Shown here piece after piece: positions 49,925-61,800 of a DNA stretch of 64,000 bases. Position numbers and translations under genes: made by a program. Where the stretch lies: contig JAVKOQ020000031.1 of the NCBI GenBank assembly GCA_031835245.2, forward strand, positions 186,001-250,000, read 5' to 3'. Below the pieces are notes generated by a model, which did not search any database, was not told where the DNA came from, and saw only the letters and a list, made by a program, of their open reading frames with translations. The stretch comes from Balamuthia mandrillaris. Its lineage: Eukaryota. How positions within the stretch are numbered: the first letter of the stretch is position 1; each line of letters starts with the position of its first letter.

Positions 49925-50833
49925 TGTTGGGACGAGCAACTGCTCCCCACGGAACTGTTGGGGCTCATATTTTCTCTGAGCCCAGAGGGCATGGTCGGAG
50001 TGGTGGCCAGGACCTGCCGCTGGTGGTTTGCTTGCTGCTCTCCTCAAACACGACGCAAACTCTATGCAGGTCGCTCGCCTTGTTGCGATGGGCGCTGGCC
50101 AACGGCTACCGCTTGGATGCGGACACCTGTGCTCTAGCTGCCGGACAAGGCTGCTCGGAGGTGATACAGTGGGCCAGGCAAGAAAAGGAGTATCCTTGGA
50201 CCTCGGCCACTTGCAAGGAGGCTGCCGCTGGAGGACATTTAGCGGTGCTGCTCCAAAGAAGAAAAATTCCCTCAATCTGCTGTCAGGCAAGCAGCCCACA
50301 ACGGACATTTGGAGGTGTTAAAGTGGGCACACGAGAACGGGATTGCGTTGCGACAGACAGACATCTTCTTTGGAGCAGCAGAAGGAGGGCACCTCGACGT
50401 GCTGAAGTGGATGCAATCAGCACTTGGGAAAGAGGAACTTTCTTTCGACTCTCTGTCTAGCGATGCCAGCTGCACCATTGCAGCTGGACGTGGTGGCCTG
50501 GAGCTGCTCTAGTGGTTGCGCGAGCAAGGTTGCCCTTGGGACTCATGGACTATTGCCAGAGCAGCCATGACCGGCGACATGGACATGGTAAAGTGGATGC
50601 GTGCCGAGGGGTGTCCTTGGGATGGTTTGACGTGCACCACAGCAGCTTCTAGCAGGTGTTTGAACCTCTTGAAATGGGCGCGGGAGAACGGCTGTCCTTG
50701 GAATGCAAGAACTTGCCAAGTTGCCGTTGCCTACCGCAACTGGCGTGTGGCGAAATGGGCGCATGACAACGGCTGTCCTTGGAATGAAGATACTTGTGGC
50801 AAATGGGAGGATCTACTGAAACGAAGTGCATGA
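49925..50833 (+). pseudogene. Disrupted paralogue of the GCPW-type ankyrin gene
   Basis: LPTELLGLIFSL..VARTCRWW, LLRWALANG, REQGCPWDSW, spread over several frames, with an in-frame TAG at 50510-50512. Confidence 0.75.
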
Positions 50834-50928
50834 GGGCGTAATAGTTTGTTTTAATGTTTTGTTTTCCTATTGTTCACAAAGGAAGCTTTTGTTTGGAAGG
50901 CATCATCTTCACAACAACAAACATTACC

Positions 50929-53900
50929 TCATACTCCAAGCATTCCCCTGCCTCTCTTTGCGGCTGCTCTCTGTCTCCGATTGTGATTAGCCACCTTAGC
51001 CTTGTTCTTTTCCTTTGCTTTGCGTGCTTTCAATGATGGCACTTCTCCCCCTTCTCCACCACCACGTCCTCTTCCTCCTCTTCCTCTCCCTCCTCGTCCT
51101 CTAGTTGATGCCCCACCTCTTCCTCGTCCTCCACCTCCTCTTGTCTTTGCTCCGCTTTCCGTTGTTTGCTTACCATCCTCTTCTGTTCGTTTTTCCTCTT
51201 CTCCTTCTTTCTCTCCTTCATCTCCTTCTACTTCTTCATCATCCTCCAACTCTTCTTCTCCCACATCACCTTGTTCTGGCAACCAAGTCACAGGACGATT
51301 GGGGTTTCGAGGTATGGGGTCTTGCTCTTGTAGAGACTCTCCATCAGCGTCGCCCAGGCGAACCACATCGTCATAAGAGTCATCGTACTCGTCTTCGTAT
51401 TCATACTGCTCCATTCTGCTCTTCAACAACCGCAACTCCGCTTGGTCTGCAGTTCTTAGATCGTTGTCTCGGTTCGGCCTTCAGTTGAAAAAAAAAAAAT
51501 AAACAGATGAGCAAATGAAAAGGATGGCCAAAAACGAAAGAGGGAACACGAACCGTTTGCCGATGTAAACCATGTCCTTGCGAGCAGGTGCCTTGCCGGA
51601 AAATACATCAAACTCATCTCCAGCATAAACATTGCTTCTTCTAGCCAACAACGCAGCTCCATCCACCTTCTCTTTCTCGTGAAGTGTTTCTCGAGAGGGA
51701 GCGACTTTGTCACCTCTCTGAGAAGTGGTAGAGGCGGATGGAATCTTCATAGAACGATCCAAAGAAGCCAGTTCTGGGGGCAACTTGTTTTCCAGCAGTT
51801 GGTTGATGAGAGCTTCTGCATTGTCTTCGTAATGATGGAGGCACGTTGCCACAAAGCCTTCACCCAAATCTGGAAACAGGTCGCGTACTTGAGAGATGAG
51901 TGATGCTCGTACCACGTCCTGCAGTGAGAATAAGATTGAGATAAAGATGAAAGAAAAGCTTTTTTTCCACTGGAGAAGGGAAGAGGAAGGATAAAGAATA
52001 GTACCACTTGCAAGCCAGCGGATGGTAGGGATGAAGAAGGAGCCGCTGCAGTGGGTTCCTCTCCCAGTTCTTGTTCTTCCTCAGAGACAGGACCACAAAG
52101 ATTCTCCAAGATCATGAATAAGTAGTCCAAGCGGGTCGAATCACTATCGATCATTGAAAAAAAAAAAAGGAGGAAAAGTATAAGGAGAAAAGAAGATAGG
52201 ACAAAGGGAGAAGAGGCAGTAATCTGAGAGAGTGAGACTCGTACAAATATGATTTCGATAGAAGGAGGTTAGAGCGAAGGCTGAAGTTAAAGGTGAGGTG
52301 TCGCAAAAAGCCACCACCTGGTTCTGGTAGAGAAGTTATCTTTTGCATTTCGCTCAACAGCTCCTCTGCTAGTTTTTCCTTGTCTTTTCGCTCGCCGTCT
52401 TTTTGATTCGAAGAGGAAGCCGCTCCAGCTTTCTCCTTTCCTTTGTTTCGTCGTTGTTGTTTTCCAATTGACTTTCCATCTGTCAGCACATCAAAGTAAC
52501 ACCGCCGAAGGAGAGCATCCGCGATGAAGACACAAAAGGAACGAATCCGAAGAAGGTTTCTTTCGTTGGTATCATCCTCTCTTGATGCGTCATCGTCATC
52601 ATCCTTAACGTTTCCATTTTTACCGTTTGCATACGAAGAAGGCGGAGAGAGCACAGTTTGCAGGACAGGAACAAATTGGTCGTAGACTTTAGCCAACATG
52701 CAAAGGAACGAGTGCTGTGGCGCTGCGAACAAGGTACAAGCTTCCGGGTAGACATCCACCAAAAAGGCTTTCAGTGTCGCCACAATGTCCTGCAAATAAA
52801 GCGCCACATCCAACGCTTGCTGCTTGATCTTGTTGCTGTCATCTTGGCCTTTGCCGCTGCTGCTGCCCTTGTTGCTCATCAAAGACAATCGCTTCTCAAT
52901 GCCTTGCAGCACGCGAAGCATGGCAGGAACAGCTTTGCCCAGGTCCTCCGTCACCATTTGCGGCCGTGCAGCAAAGATATTCGCTACGATGCTTCGAGCA
53001 GCCTCTCCTCCGTTGACTCCTCCCCACAACACACTTACATCCAACAACTTGGGTACGTCCCATAGACTACTGCTTGTACGTCGCTCCTTCTCTCCTCCTT
53101 CTCCAATCACTTGCTTACGAAAGAAGGCCTCGCTCATAAAATGACGAGAATCCTCTTTGTAAGTGGACATGCGCAACAGCACTCGAAAGACCAATTGAGA
53201 GAGCTTCCAGTAAAGTTGTTGTTTGTAAGTGGTACTGCTCCCTGAACTGCCTCGTAGTTGGCTTCTTCCATCAGAAGAAGAAGAAAGGCGAAGGAAAGCA
53301 GCAGACGGGGAAGCAGAGGCAGAGGCAGCGGCGCCGAATAGGGTCTCGTCAAAGCTGCGACGGCAGAAACGAAGGTACGTGTCGAGAAAGTGTTGCAAGT
53401 TGCTATCATAGAGCACCTGACTCCAGAAGCGATTGTACTTCTTCTTGAGAAGACGCGTCAAGCTGTCATTCAGCAGTTCCAACAGTGGAACCACGTTTTG
53501 ATCCAACAATGAGGCAGAGGAAGGAGTCTCGCCTCCTCCTGTTGTTATTGCAGCTGAGCGAAGATGAAGAAGCGAAGAAGAAGCAGCGGACGAAGAGATA
53601 TTGTCTTGAGGCAGAAAAGAGACAAAGGAGAGCGTTGGGTCGAGCCAGTGCGGCGAGAGGTCGGGCACTCGCTCCAGCTCGTTGGTGGCTTTGTGATGGA
53701 CGAGAGAGGTGGAGAGGTCCACCGCCACATGACCATCTGACTGTTGCTCTTTGGCTCTCTCATTTTCTTTCACTTTTTGCTCCAAGGCTTTTTCTTGTTC
53801 CTTTGGTGGAAACCAAAATAATAAGAACAAAGAGAGAGAGAGAGAGAGAGAGTGAAAGAGGCAAAAAAAATGAAGCAGAGACAAACCAGTTTAAGCAGTG

Positions 53901-54326
53901 CTTGCTGACGCTCGATCTCTTTTTTTGTAAGCGGAGGGGGTTCTGCCTCTGTTCTTTTCGGTCCACCTCTTCCTCCTCTTCCTCGTGAGGATCCTCCTCT
54001 ACCTCCTCCTCCTCCTCCTCTTGATCCTCCTCCTCCTCGTGAACCGCCGTCCCGACCCGATCCTCTCTCTCCTCCTCTTCCTCCGTTCCTTTGCCCTTGA
54101 TGCATTGCGTTGCCTCTTCTTTTGTTGGCTCTCTTTGTCGTCGCTTATCTTTTATTTTTTTCGGATTTCTTGTCTCTCTCTCAAGTCCTTGGGGGCTCTC
54201 TCCTGTCCAGGCTCGTTGGCTTTCACCGACAGAATTCTCAATTTGTTCTGCACATTCCTTGCATTCTTTGTTTTCTTCGTTGCATGCCCCCGGCGTCGAA
54301 CGTGCGACGGGTGGAGCAGCACTCAT
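50929..54326 (-). CDS. ASCC2: Activating signal cointegrator 1 complex subunit 2 (CUE domain), multi-exon
   Basis: LLKKKYNRFWSQVLYDSNLQHFLDTYL, WDVPKLLD, ISQVRDLFPDLGEGFV, RSNVYAGDEFDVF, YEDEYDDSYD, KEKNKAKVANHNRR. Confidence 0.88.
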
Positions 54327-54759
54327 TTTTTTAGCGGAAAAGAAAGAAGTGGAGAAAAAAAAGTAGCGGAAGAAGTAGCGGCGTAGAGCAAGTAATTTCA
54401 ACGGAAAAGGTTACTACGACTTTTGTTCTGTTTTTTTTTTTTGCCAAGCTAGATTGGGTTATGGGCTTGGGCCTCAGTCGGCTGAAAGGGCAGCAACAGA
54501 GTCAAGCCACAACAGGTGGAGTAGATATGCTTCTTAAACTTCTCTCCCTTTTTTTGGCTTAGTTACTTTGATGAGTAACAAAAAAAATCTTTTCTCGTTG
54601 CACCGGCATTTTTTTTTAAAAAAAGCAGAACAAGGCAACTCGAACCTTTCGCGCAGAAGTACTGTGGCAGACATCCCAACGAACCGCTCAGCGCAGGCAG
54701 AGCAAGACAAGACTGCTTCTTTTCTAGAAAAGACCATCAGCGACCCTGACTTGGGTCAG

Positions 54760-55819
54760 ATGAAAAGGCGAAGCAGCAAAAGCAAGAAGGACACTACCCC
54801 AGAAAAGAAGCAAAAAGGTTCCATAACTTCTTCGGCGACTACACGATCAAGAAGCAATAGCACCTCCACAACTACGAGCCGAAAGGGAAGCAGCAGCAGC
54901 AATAGCAGAAGAGGAAGCCGAAGTGGCAGCAGCAAAGCGAGCTCAGCTTCTTCCTCTACATCCACCTCACCTTCTAAGAAAGCCACAAGGAGCAGTGCTC
55001 GGCTAAAACACAAGAAAGCCATGCAGGACGAAGAAAACGCTGCGCAGAAAGAACAAGAAGCTACCAAGAAAGAGGAAAAAGAGGAAAAAGAGGAAGAGGA
55101 GGAAGAAGACGATGGGTTGGGTCTCTTTGGAGACGAAGAGGATTCCTCAGAGGAAAGCGATGGTGAGACAAGCCATGCCTCTGCGTTTACTCCTGTGAAG
55201 TACTCCAAGGAAGCTACCGAACGGCTCCTAGAAGACTTGAAACAGTTACGCAAACCCGAGAGCAAGGAGTGCGGATTCTCTGTAACTCCTGTAGAAGATA
55301 ACATATATAAGGTACGTTTCTTTTCCGTCTTTTTCTTGTTCTTCTCGTCCCGCTTCTCGTGGCTTCCTCCTTCTTCTGATGCTTCCCTTGTTCTCCCTTC
55401 GATCTAACCTCAATATCCAAAACCAGTGGCACGTAAAATTGTTTGGGTGGGATGATGAAACACAGATTAAACAGGACATGTTCCTCTACGAGAGCGTGAC
55501 AAGCAGAGACCACGTCCTGCTGGAGGTATTGTTCCCAGGAGAATATCCCAACCTGCCGCCCTTTATTCGAGTGGTCTACCCGAGATTCCACCAGTACACC
55601 GGCCACATCACCATCGGTGGTTCCATCTGCATCAAGGACCTCACCAAGTCGGGGTGGAGCAAGGAGTACGAGCTGCAAACCTTTTTCGTCATGATCCGTA
55701 ACTTGCTATTGGAGGGAGGGGCTCTCATCGACATGGACAACGCTCTGAATGACTACACAGAGGCGGAGGCCAAGGAGGCCTTTGATCGCGTAGCCAGAGC
55801 ACATGGCTGGGAGCCTTAA
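54760..55819 (+). CDS. UBE2Q-like ubiquitin-conjugating enzyme with low-complexity N-terminus; intron 55312-55425
   Basis: EDNIYK|WHVKL, FPGEYPNLPPFIRVVYPRF, GHITIGGSICIKDLT, YTEAEAKEAFDRVARAHGW. Confidence 0.88.
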
Positions 55820-55944
55820 TCCGGTTTTTTCTTCCTCTCGTTGTATGTTTGTTGTTTGTTGTTTGTTTTTAGTTTTTATAGAATGTTTTTTTTTGTTTGC
55901 GTTTTATTTCTGCTTCTTCATCACTCATGAAGCTCTTGAGCTCT

Positions 55945-56578
55945 TCACTTGCCAGAGAGACGTTCATAGAGCTTATCCACGGAGTGGTCCCACTCTGCCT
56001 CGTACCAGTTGGCCGCAATGGGATCTCCCAGGCCATACTTTCTGGCAAAGGCCCTGGCACTCCATCCCCCACGCCCTTGCCCCGTGCGGTTGCTCAACCT
56101 CTTCTCCTCTTTGAGCTCAATCTTGCCCTGAGGTTGCTTGAAGAGCAGGAATACGTATCTGTGGAGGCCGGAGCCCTTGGGGGGACCCGCCCCGATGTAC
56201 TCGCAGAGGGTGGTGCCCTGGTGGATGTTGCTGCCAGGGATGTTGGACACTATCCAGTGTTGCCACTCCCGTTTGGTAGGGTTTTTCCTGAGGCAGCAAG
56301 GAAGGTGAGGTTCTTTATTTTCTGCGTTTTGTGTCTGGAGGTACATACCTGGAGGGAGCATCTGGGTCAGTTTTGATCAACGTGTAGAGGGTGGTGTCCT
56401 CTGCCTCCCATTCGACGTGAGGGGGTTCCATGGTGTGGCTGGCCTTCAGCTCATTGCCGCAGTTGGCCGCCACACGGGCCTGTGGCCAAGATACCTTGAG
56501 GAGAGTGCTGCCTACGATGTGGTCCACCACATCTGGGATGATGTGGCTCTGTTGCGCCTTTTGTGCTATACCAGACAT
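55945..56578 (-). CDS. Phosphatidylethanolamine-binding protein (PEBP/RKIP), 2 exons
   Basis: IIPDVVD, YTLIKTDPDAPSR, REWQHWIVSNIPG, YIGAGPPKGSGLHRYVFLLFKQ. Confidence 0.93.
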
Positions 56579-56774
56579 GGCCGCTTCACAAGAGTTGCTT
56601 TTTTCTCTTTTGCTGACCAAACGAACAAACGAACAAACAAAAATACACAACAAAACAAAACAATGCAACGCAAATCCACTGGAATGAAAATTCACGGCAT
56701 GTTTACAGAAAACGTTAAAAAATAGTTTCTTTGGTGCACTAGTCTCTTCATCACCTTGCAGGACGCAAGTTCCT

Positions 56775-57606
56775 TGGCTACTGGAAGGCAGCAAGTATGC
56801 AAATTACCCAATTTCCATATGAGAAGGTAGTGACAATAAATAACAATACAAGTCTTCCAAAAGACTTGTAATTGGAATGAATACAATTTAAATCCCTTAA
56901 AGCATAACAATTGAAGGGCAAGTCTGATGCCAGCAGTCACAATAATTCTAGCTCTAATAGCATATATTAAAGTTGTTGCAGTTAAAAAGCTTTAGTTGGA
57001 TCTTGGAGTGTTTGATAGGGCTGGTCTGTTGAAATAGGTGAGCACCATCCTGCTTGTTCCTTTTATTTAGGTTCTTATCCTTGCCATTCACTTAGTGAAG
57101 AACTAGGTTCTGCTTTTGCCCTCAAGTGGGACAGAGCTGAAAGCTCTGATCATTTACTTTGAAAAAATTAAAGTGTTCAAAGCAAATAAGTTAAAATGGT
57201 CATTGAATATATTGATATGAGATAATGGAATAAGTATATCTACTTATTTTGTTAGTTTCTAAGTAGGAAAAAATGATTGATAGGGATAATTGAAGGCATT
57301 AATATTTAATTGTCAAAGGTGAAATTCTTGGATTTATGAAAGATTAACTTCTGTGAAAGCATTTGGTAAGGATGTTTTCATTAATCAAGAACAACAGTTA
57401 GGAGATTGAAGATAATTTGATACCATTGTAGTTTTAACCATAAATGATGCTAATCAATAATTAAGAGACATTACACATGCTGCTCAAAAGACAGTATGAA
57501 CAACTCAACCAGCAGCTTGTGAGAAATCATAAGTCATTGAGTTCCAGAGGTAGTATGGTTACAAGGCTGAAACTTGAAGGAATTGGCAGAAGGGCATCAC
57601 CAGGAA
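56775..57606 (+). pseudogene. Degenerate internal 18S rRNA fragment (approximately V3-V5)
   Basis: Collinear eroded universal motifs: GGAAGGCAGCAagtatGCAAATTACCCAAT, GCCAGCAGtcacaaTAATT, GTTGCAGTTAAAAAGCT, GGTGAAATTCTTGGAT, TTAATCAAGAAC, AAACTTgAAGGAATTG. Confidence 0.92.
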
Positions 57607-58020
57607 GTAGTAAGATGTTTATATGAGGGACCACATCATTTAACTTGGAAAGAAAACTTCTCTTTTGTATACCAGTCCAGATAAAACATAACTTGAGAAA
57701 GTAATTGTGAGGTGAAGGGTATTTTGTTGTTGCTGTTTACTTGTCTTGTAGTCTTGATTGAAAATAGGTTTTGTTTTTGGTAATAAATGCTTGTATTCTT
57801 TTTTTCTTCTTTTATCTCTTTTTTTGCTTGCTTTAGGGAAAGGTAGTAGCCACTTTGGCTTTTCTTCTTTGCCTTAGTGAGTGTTGTTCTTCTATAGTGA
57901 ATTTCCTTTATCTTATTCTCCTTTTTCTAGGTTCTTTCTTTCTTTTTTTTTTCACTTGGTAGGCTTTTGATTAGTTATAAGTGTTCTGTTTTTCTCATTA
58001 ATACTCTTTTTTCATTTTTT

Positions 58021-58648
58021 ATTTCTAGGAAGCAAAACTCCACAACCAAGGCACCTACCTGAAAACCAATAACAAAGCCTTGAAGAAGAAGGGAAATAGA
58101 TAAACCTGGATGGAAATGGTTGAACACAGATAAACAGGTGAGCAGAAATTAACTTGCAAAAAAGCAAAGACATGACATAAACTATATAATTTCTATAATT
58201 GGAGACCAAAAACATTATAACCAATGGACCTTGATGAATACCAATGCTCAGGCCTTTAACAACAAATGAAAATAGATGAACTGGCACCCAAAAAGCTGAA
58301 AACCAATGGACTGGTCAAAAATTAGGGGCTAAAATCACCCAAAAGCTAAGCAATCCACTAGCAAAGTCTAGAAGGTTTATTAGGCAACCAAGGCACTTGG
58401 ATGAAAACCAATGGTAAGGTCTTGAAGAAGAAGGAAAATAGATAAACTTGGATGGAAATGGCTGAAAACAGATAAGCTGACAGGGAAACATAGCACAACA
58501 AAGAAATTCATCTCTCTATAGTTGGAATTTTTGAATTTCTAAGAAGCAAAACTCCACAACCAAGGCACCTACCTGAAAACCAATGGTAAAGTCTTGAAGA
58601 GGAAGGAAAATAGATGAACTGGGATGGAAATGGCTGCTAACAGATGGA
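58021..58648 (+). repeat. Three diverged ~90-115 bp direct repeats (about 58021-58135, 58385-58474, 58535-58648)
   Basis: Shared core CAACCAAGGCAC..TGAAAACCAAT...CTTGAAGA.GAAGG.AAATAGAT.AAC..GGATGGAAATGG. Confidence 0.85.
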
Positions 58649-58753
58649 CAATTATATACTAACTTGCTTAACAGCAAGTTAGTTTCTACCATCCATCTGT
58701 TAGCAGCCATTTCCATCCCAGTTCATCTATTTTCCTTCCTCTTCAAGACTTTA
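58587..58753. repeat. Perfect 62-bp inverted repeat enclosing a second 11-bp perfect hairpin
   Basis: 58587-58648 is the reverse complement of 58692-58753; the spacer contains ACTAACTTGCT-TAAC-AGCAAGTTAGT. Confidence 0.9.
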
Positions 58754-58809
58754 AAATAACACAATAATTTAAATGATTATTCCCTTGACATTCCAAGCAG
58801 GATGCAGAG

Positions 58810-61800
58810 CACATCTTTTCTTTCACATATTGTACCCCTTCCACTGCATACCTCTACTCATCTAACAGGTTATGGGCCTGTAACTCACACACAAAATGAC
58901 GACTCTATGCTCTAGCAACTCTCTTTCCATCTTTGATGGCAAAAACTATGAGCACAGTCATTCTCAAGGAAAGAAACCTTCCCTTGCTCACCTTCGTACA
59001 TTCGGTTGTTCTGCCTTTGTGCATGTCCCGAAGTCCCAACGAAACAAGCTTGCCCCTTGCGCCAAAGAAACGATCTACCTCGGTCCTGAAACAGGAGCCA
59101 AAGCCTATCGTCTCTACAACAAGGCAACAAAATCGATTGTTGTCAGCAAGGATGTTACCTTTGTGGAAAGCAATCCTGTCCCCATCGACGAAAGTCCCTA
59201 CGTAATTGTCTACCCTGGTGAGGATGATGACGACGATAGTGACGACGACGACGACGACGACGATGTCCCAGGCGGCTCCAAGACCTCTGCAAGCCCTGCT
59301 CAAAACGTACCTCACGCTATCTCCCCGAACAGCGTCTCTCCTCCGGGTCCTACCGCTACGACAGCGGCCTCTCCTCACAACGATGCTCAACTCATGGATC
59401 CCGAAGGACCCCCTCCGCTGATATCGGACTACTCCCACGACGCTGGATCATCCTCGTCAGAAGCTCTGATTCCTCAGTCCAGCGCTCTAAGCGAGCACCT
59501 TCCGTCTGATTCAGACGTTGAAGACGAACCTAACTCATTCTCATTTGAACCGTATCATTTCATTGATGACGGTGGTGGCCCCTCTCAACAACTCTTCTCC
59601 TCCGATCTCTCTGGCAGTGCCCCAGATGATTCATTCTCAGAACCTCAGCTCGCCCAATCCTCGCCACCTGAATCGGAAGAAGAAGAAGATGAAGATAATG
59701 ACGTACCAGCATCAACGTCCTTCAACAAGGAAGCACTCCCTTCTCGCTCTTCTACTACCTCGACTACAACGTCACCTTCAGGGGGAGCATCTCTATCAAC
59801 CAACTCGCTCTCGCCTGGCTCGGCACCCTCATCTCCGAGAAGACCTTCCTCCTCCTCGTCCTCGGCACTCTCACTCCCGAGAACACCTCCCTCCTCCACT
59901 AACTCTAGGCGCTCTAACACAGGGGGAGCAGAATCATCATCATCATCACGATCGTCTCCAGCCTCTCCAACCTCACGCAGAAAGCAGAAGAAAACCATTA
60001 CAACAAAAGTCAAAGGGAAACGTGTACGACTCCGCATCCCATCCTCTCAAGCTCCTCGACGCTCTCAGCGCAATTCGAAACCACCGGAGCGGTTAGCCGA
60101 CCTCTACACGCCCCAGCTCTACCTCTCGGTTGTCCTTCCTGCAAGCGTGAAGTTGCCAACCTCCGCAGAAGAAGCACTCAAAGATCCAAATTGGAATGCA
60201 GCCATGCATAGCGAAATCAACTCACTCATCAAGAACAAGACTTACGTCCTTGTTCCGCGTCCGAAGAAAATCACCGGCCAAAAGCAGCAGAAGCATATCA
60301 TCAAGTCCAAGTGGGTCCATCGTCTCAAAGTCAACCCCAACGGTACCATCGATCGCTACAAGTCCCGTCTCGTTGCTAAAGGCTTCACTCAAGTTGCCGG
60401 CGTCGACTACTTCGAGACTTTCTCTCCAGTCGCTAAGCTCGTCTCGGTTCGCATCCTCATCTACATAGCCACCTCTGAAGACATGGAGCTTCACCAGATG
60501 GATGTCAACACTGCCTTTCTCTACGGCGTTCTCGACGTGGAAATCTACATGGAACAACCTGAAGGCTTCGTCGATCCTAAGCGTCCAGACTGGGTATGGC
60601 GTCTCCAACGCTCTCTCTACGGCCTCAAGCAAGCTCCAAGAATCTGGAACCATGTCATCGATGAGTTCCTCAAGAGTCTCGGCTTCGTGCAATCCTCGGC
60701 GGACCAGTGCATCTACGTCAAGTTCGAAGGGGGAGAAAAATGTATCATCGCCCTTTACGTGGATGACTTACTCATCGTCACCTCGAATAAGCAACTTCTT
60801 GCCTACATCAAGTCTGAACTCTCTCGACGTTTCGACATGAAAGACCTCGGTGAAGCGAAATACATCCTTGGGCTTGAAATCAAACGCGACCGCAAAAATC
60901 GCAAAACCACTCTTCTTCAAACCAAGTACACGAATGATATCCTCAAACGCTTCAACCTCTCCAAAGAATCGTCCTTCTCACAGTTTACTCCTTTGGATCC
61001 TGGTGACGTTCTTCTCAAGAAACGACCAAACCAAAGCCCTCTGGACACCAAGATACCCTATCGCAGCGCAGTTGGCAGCCTCATGTATGCCATGGTTGGA
61101 ACTCGTCCCGACATTGCAGCTGCTGTCAGCCAAGTCTCTCAATTCCTCTCTGAGCCAACTCTTCAACATTGGAAGTCAGTGAAGCACATCCTCCGCTATC
61201 TCCTCGGAACCAGCAACTACGGGCTTCACATCGATGGAAACATCCCTAATCCTCTAAAACTCGTTGGCTACTCCGACTCTGACTGGGCTGGTGATCAGAA
61301 CACTCGACGCTCTCGAACCGGCTACGTGTTCTTCCTCTGTGGCGCTCCCGTTTCCTGGAACAGCAAGAAACAACCATCCGTTGCTCTCTCGGCCACCGAA
61401 GCAGAATACATGGCTCTCTCTCAAGCTACGTGCGAAGCGATATGGCTCAAATATCTTCTCAAAGACCTCGGCTACGAACAACGTGACGCAACTACCATTC
61501 ATGTGGATAATAAAGGCTCCATTGACTTGGCCAAGAACCCTGTTCATCATCCAAGGACCAAGCACATCTCCGTCCGTTGGCACTTCATTCGAGAAAAGGT
61601 AGCCTCCAAGGAAATAGCTCTCAAGTACATTCCTACCAGGGACAACATCGCGGACATCCTTACCAAGAACCTCGCCAAGGCAAAGCATCAGCGAGCTATC
61701 CAGGCGCTAGGTATATCCAGTTCGCATTGAGGGGGAGTGTTGAAATTTCTCTACAATGCTCCTATTACCCGCTTTCGCTATTTTCTAATTCCCCGATTTA

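Noticed and set aside
56775..57606. Functional 18S rRNA gene
   Set aside because: Only an internal ~830-bp piece, with universally conserved positions mutated.
58021..58753. CRISPR-like array
   Set aside because: Units are ~100 bp, diverged and irregularly spaced; the context is eukaryotic, with no cas genes.
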